Assembly (NCBI GenBank): GCA_951406725.2 | Contig: OX597817.1 | Span: 108,686,001 to 108,750,000, forward strand | Direction of reading: 5' to 3' | Origin: Octopus vulgaris | Lineage: Eukaryota | Length of the DNA: 64,000 nt | In this document: one piece after another, positions 13,619 to 26,659 of the stretch | How the letters are laid out: the number at the start of each line of letters is the position of its first letter | How positions within the stretch are numbered: the stretch's first letter is position 1 | Made by a program: the position numbers and the translations under genes | Notes under the pieces: model-generated | What the model was told of the DNA's origin: nothing | The model's input: only the letters and a program-made list of their open reading frames with translations | Database searches by the model: none

Positions 13619-14453
13619 ATGAATGTATATGTCGTAAAGGAAGGGGGATTTTGAATATGGCAAGTACCTTATCAGTATTCTAGTATAATCCAGGTTCTGG
13701 TTAACCACGGAAAATTATTAAAGGTAAACAATTACACGGTATTTCATCAGCTAGATAAATCTTGAGTTCGCGTCTTTGGTTCTTATACAGTATATGGAGT
13801 GTATATTCAATACGTTAACAAGTGTTTAAATATTTTCCATACAAAAGACTTTAATAATATATTACTTACAGAAGCGTATCCGAAAGAATTACCAAGGCTA
13901 AAGTTCTTCATATACTATTGTTAGATTATAACACTCTAAATGTAAACACCACCCGCTTTTTGATAAAGGATATTTTCTGTATTTTTTTTTTCTTCATTTC
14001 AGCTACTACTCTCTTAATTGCTCTTGATGTATCTATTTATCCTGAAAATTATTTCTATTTGTATCTTATGTGGCCTGTAAACGAAACAATTTGACCTAGT
14101 TAGCTTTTGTCTCACTCCTAAGTTTGTCATACTAATCCCTTTAAATCCTGAAGTGTTACTCTAGGTTTAAATGATAACAGACTTCATTGCTATATCGTAT
14201 TTCACAACACTCTCTTCTATCTTCTACACTAAACACACATATTTTCCAACATAAATATACCTAGTATAAGACTATCAAACACAAAATCTTCAGTTCACTT
14301 AAAAAGAAAACCGTAATGATAACACCTTGAAAAACGTTGCATGGATACATATACCCTGAGTGAACTTATAATGTAATTGAACCAAGAGGATGCCACTAGA
14401 TGCTGCATCTTAGGATATCTAAGCTTTAGAATACGTGCGCATGATTGGGTATG

Positions 14454-14886
14454 GGTACTTTTTGGTCATCTCACCCCCATTCAAAAATAGCCGTTTTAAA
14501 AATTGGGTTATCTCCCCACTAAAAAAATTGAGTTAATGTGGCGACAAGAGATTGGATTTAAAAAAGTTAGTTCCTTTTGATTCAATACTTCAAAACATTG
14601 TTGACTTTTAGTCTCCTCAATAGGCGGGGCGTGATTTTTTAATAAAAATGTTATTAGATTCAGTAAGATGTTTAAGTTTTTCAGTTTTCATGTTTATTAA
14701 TTTTTTCAGTTTTTTTATGATTTGTTATAAAAATATTATCAGACTCAATAAAATGTTTAATCGTTTCACTTTTTATGTTTATTATTTTTTTAATTTTCTT
14801 TTTGTTTTATTGAGGGTTAAACAATTTTTGGGTTAGGGGAGATAACCCAATTTTTTTTAATGGGGGTGAGATAACCAAAAAGTACC
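14454..14886. mobile_element. MITE with terminal inverted repeats
   Basis: GGTACTTTTTGGTCATCTCACCCCCATT..AAAAATTGGGTTATCTCCCC mirrored by GGGGAGATAACCCAATTTTT..AATGGGGGTGAGATAACCAAAAAGTACC; GGTAT on both flanks. Confidence 0.85.
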
Positions 14887-15194
14887 TAGGTATATATGTA
14901 GTGCTTGAAAATAAAAGACGTACGTATATAGAAATAACTCTCTCTATATACACATATGTAAATATGTATGGACATGCATGTTTGTATCGGTGTGTGTGTG
15001 TGAGTGCTTTCTTAGGTACCAGGATAAATGAAATTGGGTTTTACAAGTGAACTGACAAGCACGTGAATATCCTGCTAGTCTCAGACAATAGAGATAACTG
15101 ATAAAAAAAAGGATACACAGTAGAATAAAAAGACAATGTTAGTTTGGATCTATATTTATACATTTCATTTGTGTATGTGTGTGTGTGTGTGTGT

Positions 15195-15905
15195 GTTATT
15201 ACTACTGTTATGAACGGGATCCAACCCGAGCTGCAGCAACAAAGTCTACCTGCCACACTTCATGGTCCATCATCACTGCCTCGAGATCTTGGATACATTC
15301 CAGGCCAGTATCAATCACGTTGTTGATGTAAGCGTGGTTTTCCTCTAGTTACATCATAACAAAGTGGGTTCCACAAGACTAATTTGGATGCTTCGAGCTC
15401 AGGGTGGCGCGCGCAGTGACCAGATGGTCGCAGCTGTCTTCGCCTGATTTTCCCTCTAACGTTCGGCAGGTCCCCATAAAGATATTAATTTGTCATATAT
15501 TGTTACCATTTCACATTTAGGACCATTCATTTCATCCCTGTTTAGCATCCATTTAGCCCGCTGATAATTTCTTTGTCGGTGACCATGTTTCACTGCCATA
15601 TAATAGTACTGATTCGACAGTTGCAATGAATAGCTTGATTTTGATTTGCCTGGACAGTTTGGCGTTTCCAGACCTTTTTTCATTTTGTGACAAGCTGTCC
15701 ATGCCATCCTGATCTTGATGTCTGTTTCCGAACCGCTCACCCAACCACCTACATACTTGAAGTCTTCAGCAACATTTAATGTGAAACCGATCAAAGCAAA
15801 CATTTCAGCATCACTTGATTGATTGAAAGACATGCATTCTGTTTTCTTGGCATTTGTGAGCACTCCTATTTTAGCAACTGATGTTTCTATCCTGCTGAGC
15901 AGAGT
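15195..15905 (-). mobile_element. RTE-like LINE 3' fragment
   Basis: LTNAKKTECM, EDFKYVGGWV, KIKLFIATVESVLLYGSETW on the minus strand. Confidence 0.85.
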
Positions 15906-17428
15906 GTCCGTTAATGGGACTGGGGTCTATTTGTTTTGTAATTTGTATCTTTATTTTAACTGCCATTATACATATATATATATATATATATTGGTATTGT
16001 TGTGTCGCCTTAAATCTATAAATTCATCGGTAAAAAAATGAAAGCCAATTATGCAAAGAACTACCTGACGTACCAGGTAATTTCCAGGAAAGCTGGGCTT
16101 ATTCCTTGGTTCCGTTTTCATAACTGTTTCGCTAATCCAGTAACAACAATACAAAGTATGTAACCATTAAAACGGCTTTGGTGCATTTACAGAGAATACC
16201 GAACTATCTTGGTTTTAGGAATTCCCAATAAGTTATGAATACCCAAATTGTGAAGTCAGTTATGGAATAACATGAAATTAGTTACCCGATAGTACGAATT
16301 CAAACAAAGTAGCCCTGAAAAGGGCTTTATTGAGTTTCCAGAGTTTATAGAACTTAGGAGGAAATACTAATAAGATATGTGTATTAAAATCGTGAAGTAT
16401 CTTACATAATGACAAGCTAATCAGATATGAGATAATACAATTCAAAGTAAATAACTCTGAAAAGGGCCTTTGTGCGTTCCCAGAGAATATTACCCTCAGC
16501 GGCGCTAGTGTTGGTATATTCGTGAATAAGTCACTAACCAAAATAAGTGGATCTATTGTTTAGGAGAATACTATTTACTTGTTTAAATGTTGTAATGGAT
16601 AAATTGCGAAAATAACTCTAACAGTTCAAATACTAACAAATAAGCATACTGAATTTGATTTATACCAAACGATTTAAGAAAATGAATAGGCTAGTTTCCT
16701 TGGCTGTTAAAATCTGGGCGAATAGGCTATTTTCCTTGGCTATTAATATGAATATATTAGATATTTACAAGGCTCCCTTCCAGGGGCCCTATTATCGATT
16801 TTTCAACAATTTGATTATGTCATGAGGTTTCCAGACATGAATTATACTCACGTGTCAAGTTTCATAAAAAATCGATAAAACGATGGAGGAAAAGTTAACT
16901 AACCACTTCACAAACACACCCACAGAGAGAATTTCCCACATATGTCGTAGATTGTAAAGAGATGGGAAACTGAATGGAAACCAGCAGTGATTCCAAAGCA
17001 ACTTGCCTGATGAAGTGCCACTAGATCATTATTTTAAAAATAATTTAGGTAATGGTATGATTTGGAAAACTAACAGTTGTTACCACAGCACAGAAATAAT
17101 TGTTACATTTTGTAAGGCTGTTTATTCTATCTTCTATAAATTTATCTATACATAAATCCCCACGCATATGTATTATATGGAAGTGTGTATCTATCTATGT
17201 ATGCTTGAATATTTGTAGTTACATATATAACTACATCCCTCACGCACATGTGTGTGTGAGTGTGTGTGAATATCCATGCGTAGGAGTATGGTTGCATATA
17301 TCCACATATCAATTTATCTGCAAATCAGGACTTTCCTCTAGTCTCGGCACTGCATAAATCTACGACTGACATCTCATATCACGGTCTACTGAGGCTGTAG
17401 AGACCCATATCTGATTGATATTCCCGGT

Positions 17429-17485
<57 letters not shown>

Positions 17486-17511
17486 ATGTGTGTGTGTGTG
17501 TGTGTGTATAA

Positions 17512-17801
17512 AATATTTTTATACACTGAGAGGAGATCTTTGACGGGATTCCTTACATGCTAGAAAGGGCAGTTAAAACCCTAACCACGAAAAATACAGA
17601 ATTCATGAGGCACGTTGTTATAACAACCAGAACGAACAGGAATGAATTAGTTAATCCCGAACTAATTCTTTTTTTTTGTTCTAGTGTTGTAACATCGTGC
17701 CTCATGAATTCTTTTTTCTTTTCGTGCTTTGGGTTTTAACTGCCCTTTCTAGCATGCAAGGAGTCCTATCAAAGGTCCCCTCGCTGTGTATAAAACTATT
17801 T
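17512..17801. repeat. About 290-bp fold-back palindrome with 7-nt loop
   Basis: Arms include CATGCTAGAAAGGGCAGTTAAAACCC / GGGTTTTAACTGCCCTTTCTAGCATG and GAATTCATGAGGCACG / CGTGCCTCATGAATTC; centre GAATTAGTT-aatcccg-AACTAATTC. Confidence 0.95.
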
Positions 17802-17861
17802 ATGCATACTAACCACTGGTAATAAATTACTTTATTACCATTATATTTACAATAGTTATTG

Positions 17862-17892
<31 letters not shown>

Positions 17893-17991
17893 TTACAAGC
17901 TCGTCCGGTTACTGTACTATCGGTGCATGTAACCTATTGTATTTCACATTTAAATCGTGGATTCATTAAATGGCTTATATGTATGTTTGTA

Positions 17992-18100
17992 TGCATGTCA
18001 TTATTCAGTTTATTTCAAGATTTCTTGCCAATAGATAAAGTATTGGTTTCTAACCTAGATCCAAGGCTCCTTCATTGAAATTTCAACATCAACAACAGGG
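17992..18100 (+). repeat. Short dispersed repeat; reverse-complement copy at about 50185-50292
   Basis: GCATGTCATTATTCAGTTT..TTTCAAGATTTC..CCAAGGCTCCTTC..AAATTTCAA present in both copies. Confidence 0.85.
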
Positions 18101-18199
18101 TACTTTTGTTTGTTTGTATGTATGTATGTATGTATGTATGTATGTATGTATGTATGTATGTATGTATGTATGTATGTATGCATGTATGTATGTATGTGT

Positions 18200-19267
18200 A
18201 TGCTAGTCATCTTCATTTTCTTGCAATTTCGATATCTAAAGGGAAATCCCGCTGGGCACGCTGAAACGGGCTTTGTTCTAAGCATGTTTTACTCATCCCA
18301 CCTCTTCTAGCGGTTTACCCTTCTGGTTTTCCCCTTCTAGGCTTTTTTTTTTTTTGAGGCATTGCTCCCTCATACCGCTGCTTCAGTTTATATTTCATTT
18401 ATTCACAATTTATACTTCTTGTTTTCGGTACTGACTTTCGCTACTTGAAATGAACGAAATATATTTATTAATATAAAAATAAAAAAATCAATTTAATTTT
18501 TCATGCTTATACCTCTATGATTTAGTACTGCATTCTCTGACTAAGGAATATATGTTGCGGTGCTGATATCCCTAAAATTTAATCGTTTTCATTGTAAATA
18601 TTTTAAATACTTTTAGGGGTACTATACTTCACAAAATGATAATTATAATGTTCATAAAACAATCAGCTTTTCAATTGAAAGCCTTTCCTCTTCCCCAGCC
18701 TTCCTCTTACTACTGTCGCATCCACAAGATTTATTTATTTATTTATTTTAATTTACTCTTGTGAAATTATTTTGGTTTGGTCTAGGCTCTAAAAATGAAA
18801 TTTATCTCCGTACTACCAACTGAGGTAACACTCATATTTTACTGTTAATAGCAGTAGCTCTCTACTTCATACACCGTTAAGTATGAAGTCATAGGAAAAG
18901 TGCAAGACTTGCTCAGTGGCACAGCGCCGAAAATCTGGAATTTTTTAGTGGTGCGATTCTCCTGATGATCATCCACGTTTCATGCGTTCCGTATCTCGAA
19001 AAGGTTTGGCCATGTTTGAGCTAAGGCTAGTCGGGCACAGCCGCATAATTTAAGTACCCAGGACATGAATAGGACACAGCACCAATGACGAAATATAAAT
19101 CGTTGGTCGCTTTGCAGTTTGCAGCTTTTCATACAAAGGCCTTGAACAGCTTCAACTCTGTATAAAACATTTTCAAGATATCGAAATACAAAAATCAGTA
19201 TAGAACATGAAATGCAAAAGCATGTTTATTCTTCATTTATTCATTATTTATTTATTTATTTATTCAT

Positions 19268-19302
<35 letters not shown>

Positions 19303-19939
19303 TTTTCTAGTCGTAATTGTTTCGTAGTGCAACGATTCAATTATTTCTACTTAAAATAATAGTCGATTGCAATTTGTTTTATTGAGGGGGAATCCATTAG
19401 TGCAAATCATCAATACAGTGGAACATTTAACAAGACGCATACCTAACGCGTGAATAATTATGTGTGTGTGTGTGAGTCCACTCGCGCTCGCCTGTGCGTG
19501 AGTGGATATATGAATATACATGTGTGTATGTGTGTATATATATATATAAGTAGCTTGCTAACCAACCACATGGTTCCGGGTTCAGTCCCACTGCGTGGCA
19601 TCTTGGGCAAATGTCTTCTGCTATAGCCCCGGGCCGACCAATGCCTTGTGAATGGATTTGGTAGACGGAAACTGAAAGAAGCCTGTGGTATATATGTATA
19701 TATATATGTGTGTGTGTGTTTGTGTGTCTGTGTTTGTCCCCGTAGCATTGCTTGACAACCGATGCTGGTGTGTTTACGTCCCCGTCACTTAGCGGTTCGG
19801 CAAAAGAGACCGATAGAATAAGTACTGGGCTTACAAAGAATAAGTCCCGGGGTCGATTTGCTCGACTAAAGGCGGTGCTCCAGCATGGCCGCAGTCAAAT
19901 GACTGAAACAAGTAAAAAGAGTAAAAAGAGAAAAAAAGA

Positions 19940-19984
<45 letters not shown>

Positions 19985-20333
19985 CGTATGTTTATACATG
20001 CATGTATACATGGAAACATATATACATACGTACATACATACATTCATACATTCATACATACATACATACATACATACATACATACATACATACATACATA
20101 CATACATACATACATACATGCAATATAAGCTGAAGCAGTAGTATGAGTATCCGGGCAGCCCTTTTGTGGGAATACTGCCTCAAATGGGAAAGCACGGAAG
20201 GGGAAGTCCGGAAATGGAAACCCCTAGAAACGGTGGGATAAATAAAACATACTTAGAACAAAACCTGTTTCAGCGCGCCCAGCAGGACTTCCCTTTAGGT
20301 ATAGAAATTAGAAGAAAATGAAGATGACTAGCA
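18200..20333. repeat. Diverged inverted pair: 18200-18393 versus 20122-20333
   Basis: TGCTAGTCATCTTCATTTTCTT..GCTGAAAC..TTTGTTCTAAG versus CTTAGAACAAAACCTGTTTCAGC..AAGAAAATGAAGATGACTAGCA. Confidence 0.9.
19548..19940 (+). mobile_element. tRNA-derived SINE family B with internal microsatellite
   Basis: AACCACATGGTTCCGGGTTCAGTCCCACTGCGTGGCA head and AAGGCGGTGCTCCAGCATGGCCGCAGTCAAATGACTGAAACAAGTAAAA tail, shared with 40656, 46915, 56272 and 62623. Confidence 0.92.
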
Positions 20334-20334
20334 A

Positions 20335-21345
20335 TGTGGAAAGTGCGTGTTATGCTTGGTGTAAACTCCATACCTGAGCATTCAAAGAGATCAGGATCGA
20401 AGGGAATGGCCAGTTGCAAGAAGAGGGTTGCACCTTCTTCTGGGTTGGTAAGACCCTGGGAAGAAGAGAATTAGGCGTGGCTTTTGCTGTCGGCATGACC
20501 CACCAAAAGGTTACCTTCTTCTCATCCTCCGTCTCAGAGTCGACACGACCTTCGTCAATGCATATGTTCTAAAAGTGACCTACCCATCTAGAGCTCACTA
20601 GGTTGTAGGCAAGGTTCCCCACCAAGACAAGTTGCTGATTATGGGCGATTTCAATGCCAAGGTGGAACCAAATTGTGAGATCTATGCAGGCATCATCGGC
20701 AAGTTTGGCAAGGGCAAAAAGAATTTCAGTGGAGACCTCCTGCTGAACTACTAGGCACAACACTGGCGTAGTTAGTGTGGATGCCTTCATTACCTCATCA
20801 TATCTGCAATGGGCAGGACGTGTTAGCAGGATGAAGGACGGTTTCATTATCTCCTCCGTAGCTTCACTGGGCGGGACATGTTTGCAGGATTGAGGGCGGT
20901 TTCCTTACCTCATTGCGGCTACGCTGGGCGGAACATGTTTGAAGAGTGGAGAGCTGCAGGCTCCCAAACGCAGTTTTCTACACGGAACATCGTCAGGGAG
21001 AGGAGGATCCGTGTTGGTCAGAGGTTCGGATATAGTGATGTGCGACATATGAAGAACTCGGGAATCTCCTCAAACACCTGGGAGGAGAAGCATTACGGCA
21101 TGATGAATGGTGCCGATCGCTGAAGCTGGCAATTTCAGCCATCGAGGAGAAACATCAGACAGAATACAAAGCAGCACATAAGAGACGCCACATCTCCGTT
21201 GCGTTTCAAGTAACTTTACATGCGGCAGATGTAATCGCTGCTACAGATCAAGCGCAGACCTTGTAGCCAACATGTGAACCTGCCAAAGATGATTACTGAA
21301 CAAGAACAGTCAACGTCTACCTACGATTGCCAGCCGTCGACGATA
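20335..21345 (+). mobile_element. Internally deleted RTE/BovB-like LINE (APE endonuclease piece fused to the post-RT 3' end)
   Basis: GVAFAV, LLIMGDFNAKV, GIIGKFGKGKKNFSGDLLL, then LQWAGRVSRMKDG and a terminal CxxC motif. Confidence 0.8.
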
Positions 21346-22289
21346 AACATCAATAATTAAAATGATTTTTTTTGCTTTTATTAATAAATATAAGTCGTCT
21401 ATTTAAATTAGCAGAAATCAATACCGAAAACAAGAAGTGTGGAAAGTAAATAAATAAAACAAATTTAATTGTTTATTTTGATCACATACTTTTCAGTGCA
21501 TCACTTTAGCAAATTAGAAATTTTACATATTTTCGTAGAATTATTGTTAGACCGATGATAATAATTAATTTGAGATTAGCCATTAAGATGATAGTATTTG
21601 TCACAACAAAATATCACTAAGAGCGAAATTAATCGCATAATGAACTGTCTAGAGCGACTTTAATTCTATAAAACGTCACTTGACACTTAATCTTTTCGTA
21701 TATCATCAGAAAAGAAAACTTAATGAGAACCTTTAGAGTATAATCTGTTGACAGCTGATCAATTATAATTCTATTATCAAAGATTAAAAGGAATTGTGGA
21801 TTGGGTTATTTACGACCTGAGTTCAAATTCCACTTGGTCAAATTTGCCTTCAATCCTTACGTGGGTCGATACACTAAGGAAATCACTCAATTAGTGAGAT
21901 CGATTTACTTAACTGAAATGTGTATCGTAAAACAGAAGCTAGGGATGAGAATTCCGAACGAAACTATATATGCTGCATAAAGTGGCATATGAATGTATTT
22001 AACCCCAAATTCGCGCAATATTCCTACGAGGAGCAGTTCCACATATCAGATATAATATGGTATTATTCACTTTGAAAGACTAAACGGTAGAAAAATTTCA
22101 TAACAATTTTATAAGAAACGGGTTAAGTGACACGACTGTCATCATGCCATACAAGTAAAAATTGTATTCAAGAGACGACGGCAACGAGAACGACGACGAT
22201 AATGATGATGGATACAATCAACAGTTCATGACAGCAATAGTAGGTGCAATAACAATGACAATGACAACGACAACAACAACAACAACCCT

Positions 22290-22440
22290 TTCCAATATAG
22301 GCACAAGGCTTGATACTTTGGTGTTTGGGAGATAGTCAATTACATCGACTTTAGTACTCCACTTGTATTTATTACCTTGATCTCGAAGGGATGAAAAGCA
22401 AAGTCAACCTCGGCGGAATTTGAACTCAGAGCGTTAAGAG
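22290..22440 (-). mobile_element. SINE family A fragment
   Basis: GGATGAAAAGCAAAGTCAACCTCGGCGGAATTTGAACTCAGA is the reverse complement of the family A core. Confidence 0.85.
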
Positions 22441-22505
22441 ACGGTGAAGCAAATATATCAACATAAGCAGTGGTGGAGGACAAACACACGCACAAATACA
22501 CACAC

Positions 22506-22543
<38 letters not shown>

Positions 22544-23547
22544 TCACACTTCACCCTACGTGGATACCCCCTCACCACTATCCACACCGCCCTTGCCAGA
22601 GCACGATCCGTGGACCGTGTATCTGCTCTCTCTCCCCGAACCCGCCCTGTAGTCTCCCGCCTCCCTTTTCCCCTCACTTACCACCCCACGACCCTACGTC
22701 TCCAACGCACCATTCTTCGAGCTTTCCGTCATCTCCAGTCCGACCCGTCCACTTCACACCTCTTCCCTAACCGACCCCTCCCCTCTTTCAAACGAGCCCA
22801 CAACCTTCGAGACCTTTTGGTCCATAGCTCCTTCCCTGACCCTACCTCCCAACCCGGCTCGTTCCCCTGCTCCCGCCCACGTTGCCGCACTTGCCCTTAC
22901 CTCTCCAACACCACCCGCCTCACTAGCACCCACCATCGACCCTATCCCATCATCCACTCCTTCACCTGCACCTCCAGCAATATTATCTATTGCATCTCTT
23001 GCTCTCTCTGCAATTCCTTGTACATCGGACAAACGGGACGCCGCTTGGCTGACCGGTTCGCGGAACACCTTCGTGACATCCACCTTGCGAACGACACACC
23101 GGTCTCACGCCATTTCCGCTCCACCGGTCACTCCTTGCAACACCTATCTGTGTTCGGTTTGTCCTTACATAGAGGCCATCCGGATTCCCGTTTGCGCCGT
23201 GAACAGGAATTAATCTTCTCTCTTCGCTCTTATACGCCATTTGGTCTCAACTCTCCCCCTCCTCATCTAACCCCCTCTCCCCCTCCTCACTTATCCTTTC
23301 CCCCCGACCCCTACTTCTTCAGTCCTTCATCCTTTCACCCCTACTCCCCTTCCCTTCTTCCCTCTTTCTCCCTCCCTCTTCCCCTTCCCTCTGCTCCCTC
23401 ACTCCCTCTCTCCCCTTCTCTCTCCTCTTCCCCCTCTCCTCCCCCTCCCCTTCTCTCCCCGCTCTTCTCCCCCCCCCTCTTCTCCTCACTACACCACATG
23501 ACTTTACACATCACATCACATATGATGTGCCATACTAATACACACAC

Positions 23548-23865
23548 CAACTAATACATACTAATACGTACTAATACATACTAGTACATACTAATACTTA
23601 CACCAACCCTATACTTACACACGTCCAGACCCCGCATACGCACTTATACTCTCTCATACACACACACACACACTTATACATACCAATACGTACTAATACA
23701 TACTAATACATACTAATACATACACCAACCCCATACATACGCACGCCCAGACCAATCCTACGCACTAATACTCTCTCATACACACACACACACACACCCT
23801 TATACATACTAATACATACACCAACCCTATACATACACACATCCAGACCCCTCCTACGCACTATT
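23548..23865. repeat. Tandem (ACTAATACAT)n plus three ~110-130 bp higher-order units in the Penelope 3' UTR
   Basis: CACCAACCC.ATAC.TAC.CAC..CCAGACC recurs at about 23601, 23723 and 23819. Confidence 0.85.
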
Positions 23866-24032
23866 AGCTGGTCCCTCAACCCTTTTATCAACCCTATTAT
23901 CTCCCCTTATTTCGCTCTCGCGTCTCATGTTTGATCTTTGACCTCTGGCCGAAATCAGATCGCCATGTTGATTCGTTAGCTACTGCACGCATTTTTTCTC
24001 TCCTTCTTTCTGTGTTTTTCTCTCTCTGTGTA

Positions 24033-24070
24033 TCTTTCTGTTGAAGAGCGTAGGCTCGAAACGTTAAAGA
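24033..24070 (+). ncRNA. Minimal type I hammerhead in Penelope pseudo-LTR (A6U core variant)
   Basis: TCTTT-CTGTTGA-A-GAGC(gtag)GCTC-GAAA-CGTT-AAAGA; palindromic stem III AACGTT. Confidence 0.85.
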
Positions 24071-24260
24071 CTTGTTTTATATTTCCTGAGCGCCATACTA
24101 ATACAATTGTTCGTTTGTTTTCCACCTGCCTTCGTCTTTTGTTTATTTTCATAAAGCTTCCCGTTATATATATATATATATAAATATATACATGCACACA
24201 CATATGCATACATACATTCATTCATTCATTCATACATACATACATACATACATACATACA

Positions 24261-24293
<33 letters not shown>

Positions 24294-24306
24294 GTATGTA
24301 TATATG

Positions 24307-24351
<45 letters not shown>

Positions 24352-24556
24352 GTAATGTGTGTTGTTTCTGCTGCTAAAAATAGCAGCCATATCTGTCTCA
24401 GTTCACACTCTGTTGTTTTAAAGAAAGAAGAAATTCAACAAAACGCACGTACATATATATGTGTGCCTATGTTAAATCGTAATTAAAAAGACCAAACATT
24501 GATTTTTATAACTGCCTTAAATAAAGAAATAGCTCGAAATTGATATTTTCAGAATA

Positions 24557-26659
24557 CAGTTAACCTTTGACTATCGCGGGTGTTACGTTCCAAAATCCCA
24601 CGCGATAAGTGAAAATCCGCGAAGTAGAAACAGTACTGTAATGTATATTTTTTCTATTATTTTTATAATTTGAATATATTCATTTTATCATTTTTATATA
24701 TTTAAGCTTTTATAAACTCTCCCCCCTCACTCCTACCCGTGTTTTCTCTCTTTTTGCGGGTGTGGAAGATAGTGCTGGACAGTCTCTGGCGCTGCCTTTT
24801 CTTCTGTGTAAGGAGGTTTTTATAAACTTCCATGGCTCCGTCGATTGCATTTCTGAACTGTTACGCGCGAATCATCTGGGGGTCCCAATCTTCCGCCATT
24901 CTCTGAAGTTCTTTTGCCGTTTTTGTTAGAGTTGAGAAGCGTTCTAGTGATAGGCCAACTTCTTCTTGCTCCGGATCCTCTTGTTCTTCTTCCTCACTTG
25001 CTGACGAAGTGGACTTCGATCAGATTATCAACGTCCTCGGTAGTCATATCGGTGAAGCCATCTCCTCCTAGCAATTTTACCAGCTTCACTGCTTTATCTA
25101 CTGCAGACTGGTAGATTTCGTCAGGAGAGACTCTTTTATAGTCGTGGACCGTTTCTGGCCACAATTTCTTCCATCTGGCATTCAATGTTTCGTTCTTCAT
25201 CCCTTTTATGACTGTCTGAATATTTTGGAGATACGTTGCAATGGTGTACCCACGCCAGTACTCCTTCCGCGAGAAGTTATCACCCGAGTCCATAGCCTCG
25301 ACCAGGTGTTGCAGGTAGTTTCGCGTATAGAGCGCATTAAAAGCACGAATAACGCCTGGATCAACGATGTGGTGTTTGGCGGTAAGAATTTAATTTGTAC
25401 GCCCTCTTACGACAGGTCGAGCGTGTGTCCGTCAGCATTGTCTATTCATAGAAGCACTTTGAATTCCAATCCTTTTTCGGCAAAATAAATGAAGCACTGG
25501 TGAAATCAATCCGATGTCAATGATTTCGTTATCCATGCCTGCTGGTTGTGCATCCAATGCACTGGCAACAGGTTCTTATTTTTGTTTTTGAGGGCCCTTT
25601 GGAGTTTTGGCCCTGGCTTTATTATAAAGCTTGCAGCATTTCCACACATTATAATTGTGACGCGATCTTTGTACGTCTTAAATCCAGGGGCTGTGGCCTC
25701 CTCCTTCATAATGAAACTCCGTGATGGCATCCGTCTCATTCATATTGAAAACTTGTCTTGAATGTTTCGGCAGGTTTGTCAGCAAAGGCAGCTTCTCCAT
25801 GTAGGGACACGCTCTTGAGGTTGAACCTCCTTTAAAATTTATCAAACCAGCCCTTGCTGGCATTAAATTCGGTTGTTTTGGTGGGAGATACTGTAGATGG
25901 TCTCCGCCATCCGTAAAGTTGCCGTACAGCTGCTTGACCTTCTCACGGATGGTGTTGGTATCCAGGGTACTGTTCTTCTTCTTGCAGTCACTGATCCAAA
26001 GGGTTAATGCAGACACCATCCTTACGATGGCTTTATTGCGGGAAGTTACCAGCATTTCGCTGTCTTGTTAAAAGTCACTTTGCCGTCGCCCTTATATTTT
26101 TTTCGTCCTTCTTGCTGTAGTGAACGATAGATTCATTGATGCCGTAATGGCTGCTAACATACGGATACCTAAGCATGTGGAGGAGTCTCACCTTCTCTGC
26201 TATAGTAAGTATCTTCCTTTGGTGCAAGGGTTTACTGCCAAAAGACATAGAAGGTACAGAACGTTTGGGCGACATCGTAGGGTTTGAAATAAATTCACAA
26301 TTTTACACACAAGTGCAAAACAACACTACACACTCGCCTCCCGAGTTTCATTTTCCATACAATATATGCAATTCTTTGTTTACTCATTTACCGTACACTA
26401 TGTATTTTCTTTTAATATATTTTGATTGTCTTATACAGTACAGTACTGTACCGTATTTCTGTTTATTAATTTTTTGGGCGTGAAAATGCTTATTTTACCA
26501 CAGAAATAATTAAAATCTAAAAAATATAAATACCTATCGACCGCAGAAACCCGCGATATGCTGAGGAGTCCGCAATATAAATTTATATATATTTTCCAGA
26601 AAAATCCTCGATGTACTGAGAGCGAATTAGGAGAAACACGATATAGTGAGTAATTACTG
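24557..26659 (-). mobile_element. Tigger/pogo-like DNA transposon, full length but decayed
   Basis: TA-CAGT...ACTG-TA ends; RKILTIAEKVRLLHML (psq-type HTH), ALTLWISD..IREKVKQLY (CENP-B HTH), QVFNMNET, PGFKTYKDRVTIIMCGNA. Confidence 0.93.

Larger units (their letters stand above)
22545..24166 (+). mobile_element. 5'-truncated Penelope-like element (Neptune-type) with GIY-YIG endonuclease and 3' pseudo-LTR
   Basis: ORF 22610-23554: PLTYHP, FKRAHNLRDLLVHS, CSRPRCRTC linker, NIIYCISCSLCNSLYIGQTGRRLADRFAEH, RLRREQELI..PFGLN; hammerhead at 24033; lies between (CA)n and (TA)n. Confidence 0.93.

Noticed and set aside
16630-16952. Third Helitron-like element (CAAGTTTCAT..AAATCG..TAGAT end)
   Set aside because: A plausible 5' end, but no convincing hairpin plus CTRR 3' terminus.
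17005-17030. CTGATGA as a hammerhead core
   Set aside because: No stem II or correctly placed GAAA follows.
23548-23865. Tandem units as a CRISPR-like array
   Set aside because: Eukaryotic context, no unique spacers and no cas genes; simple tandem duplication.
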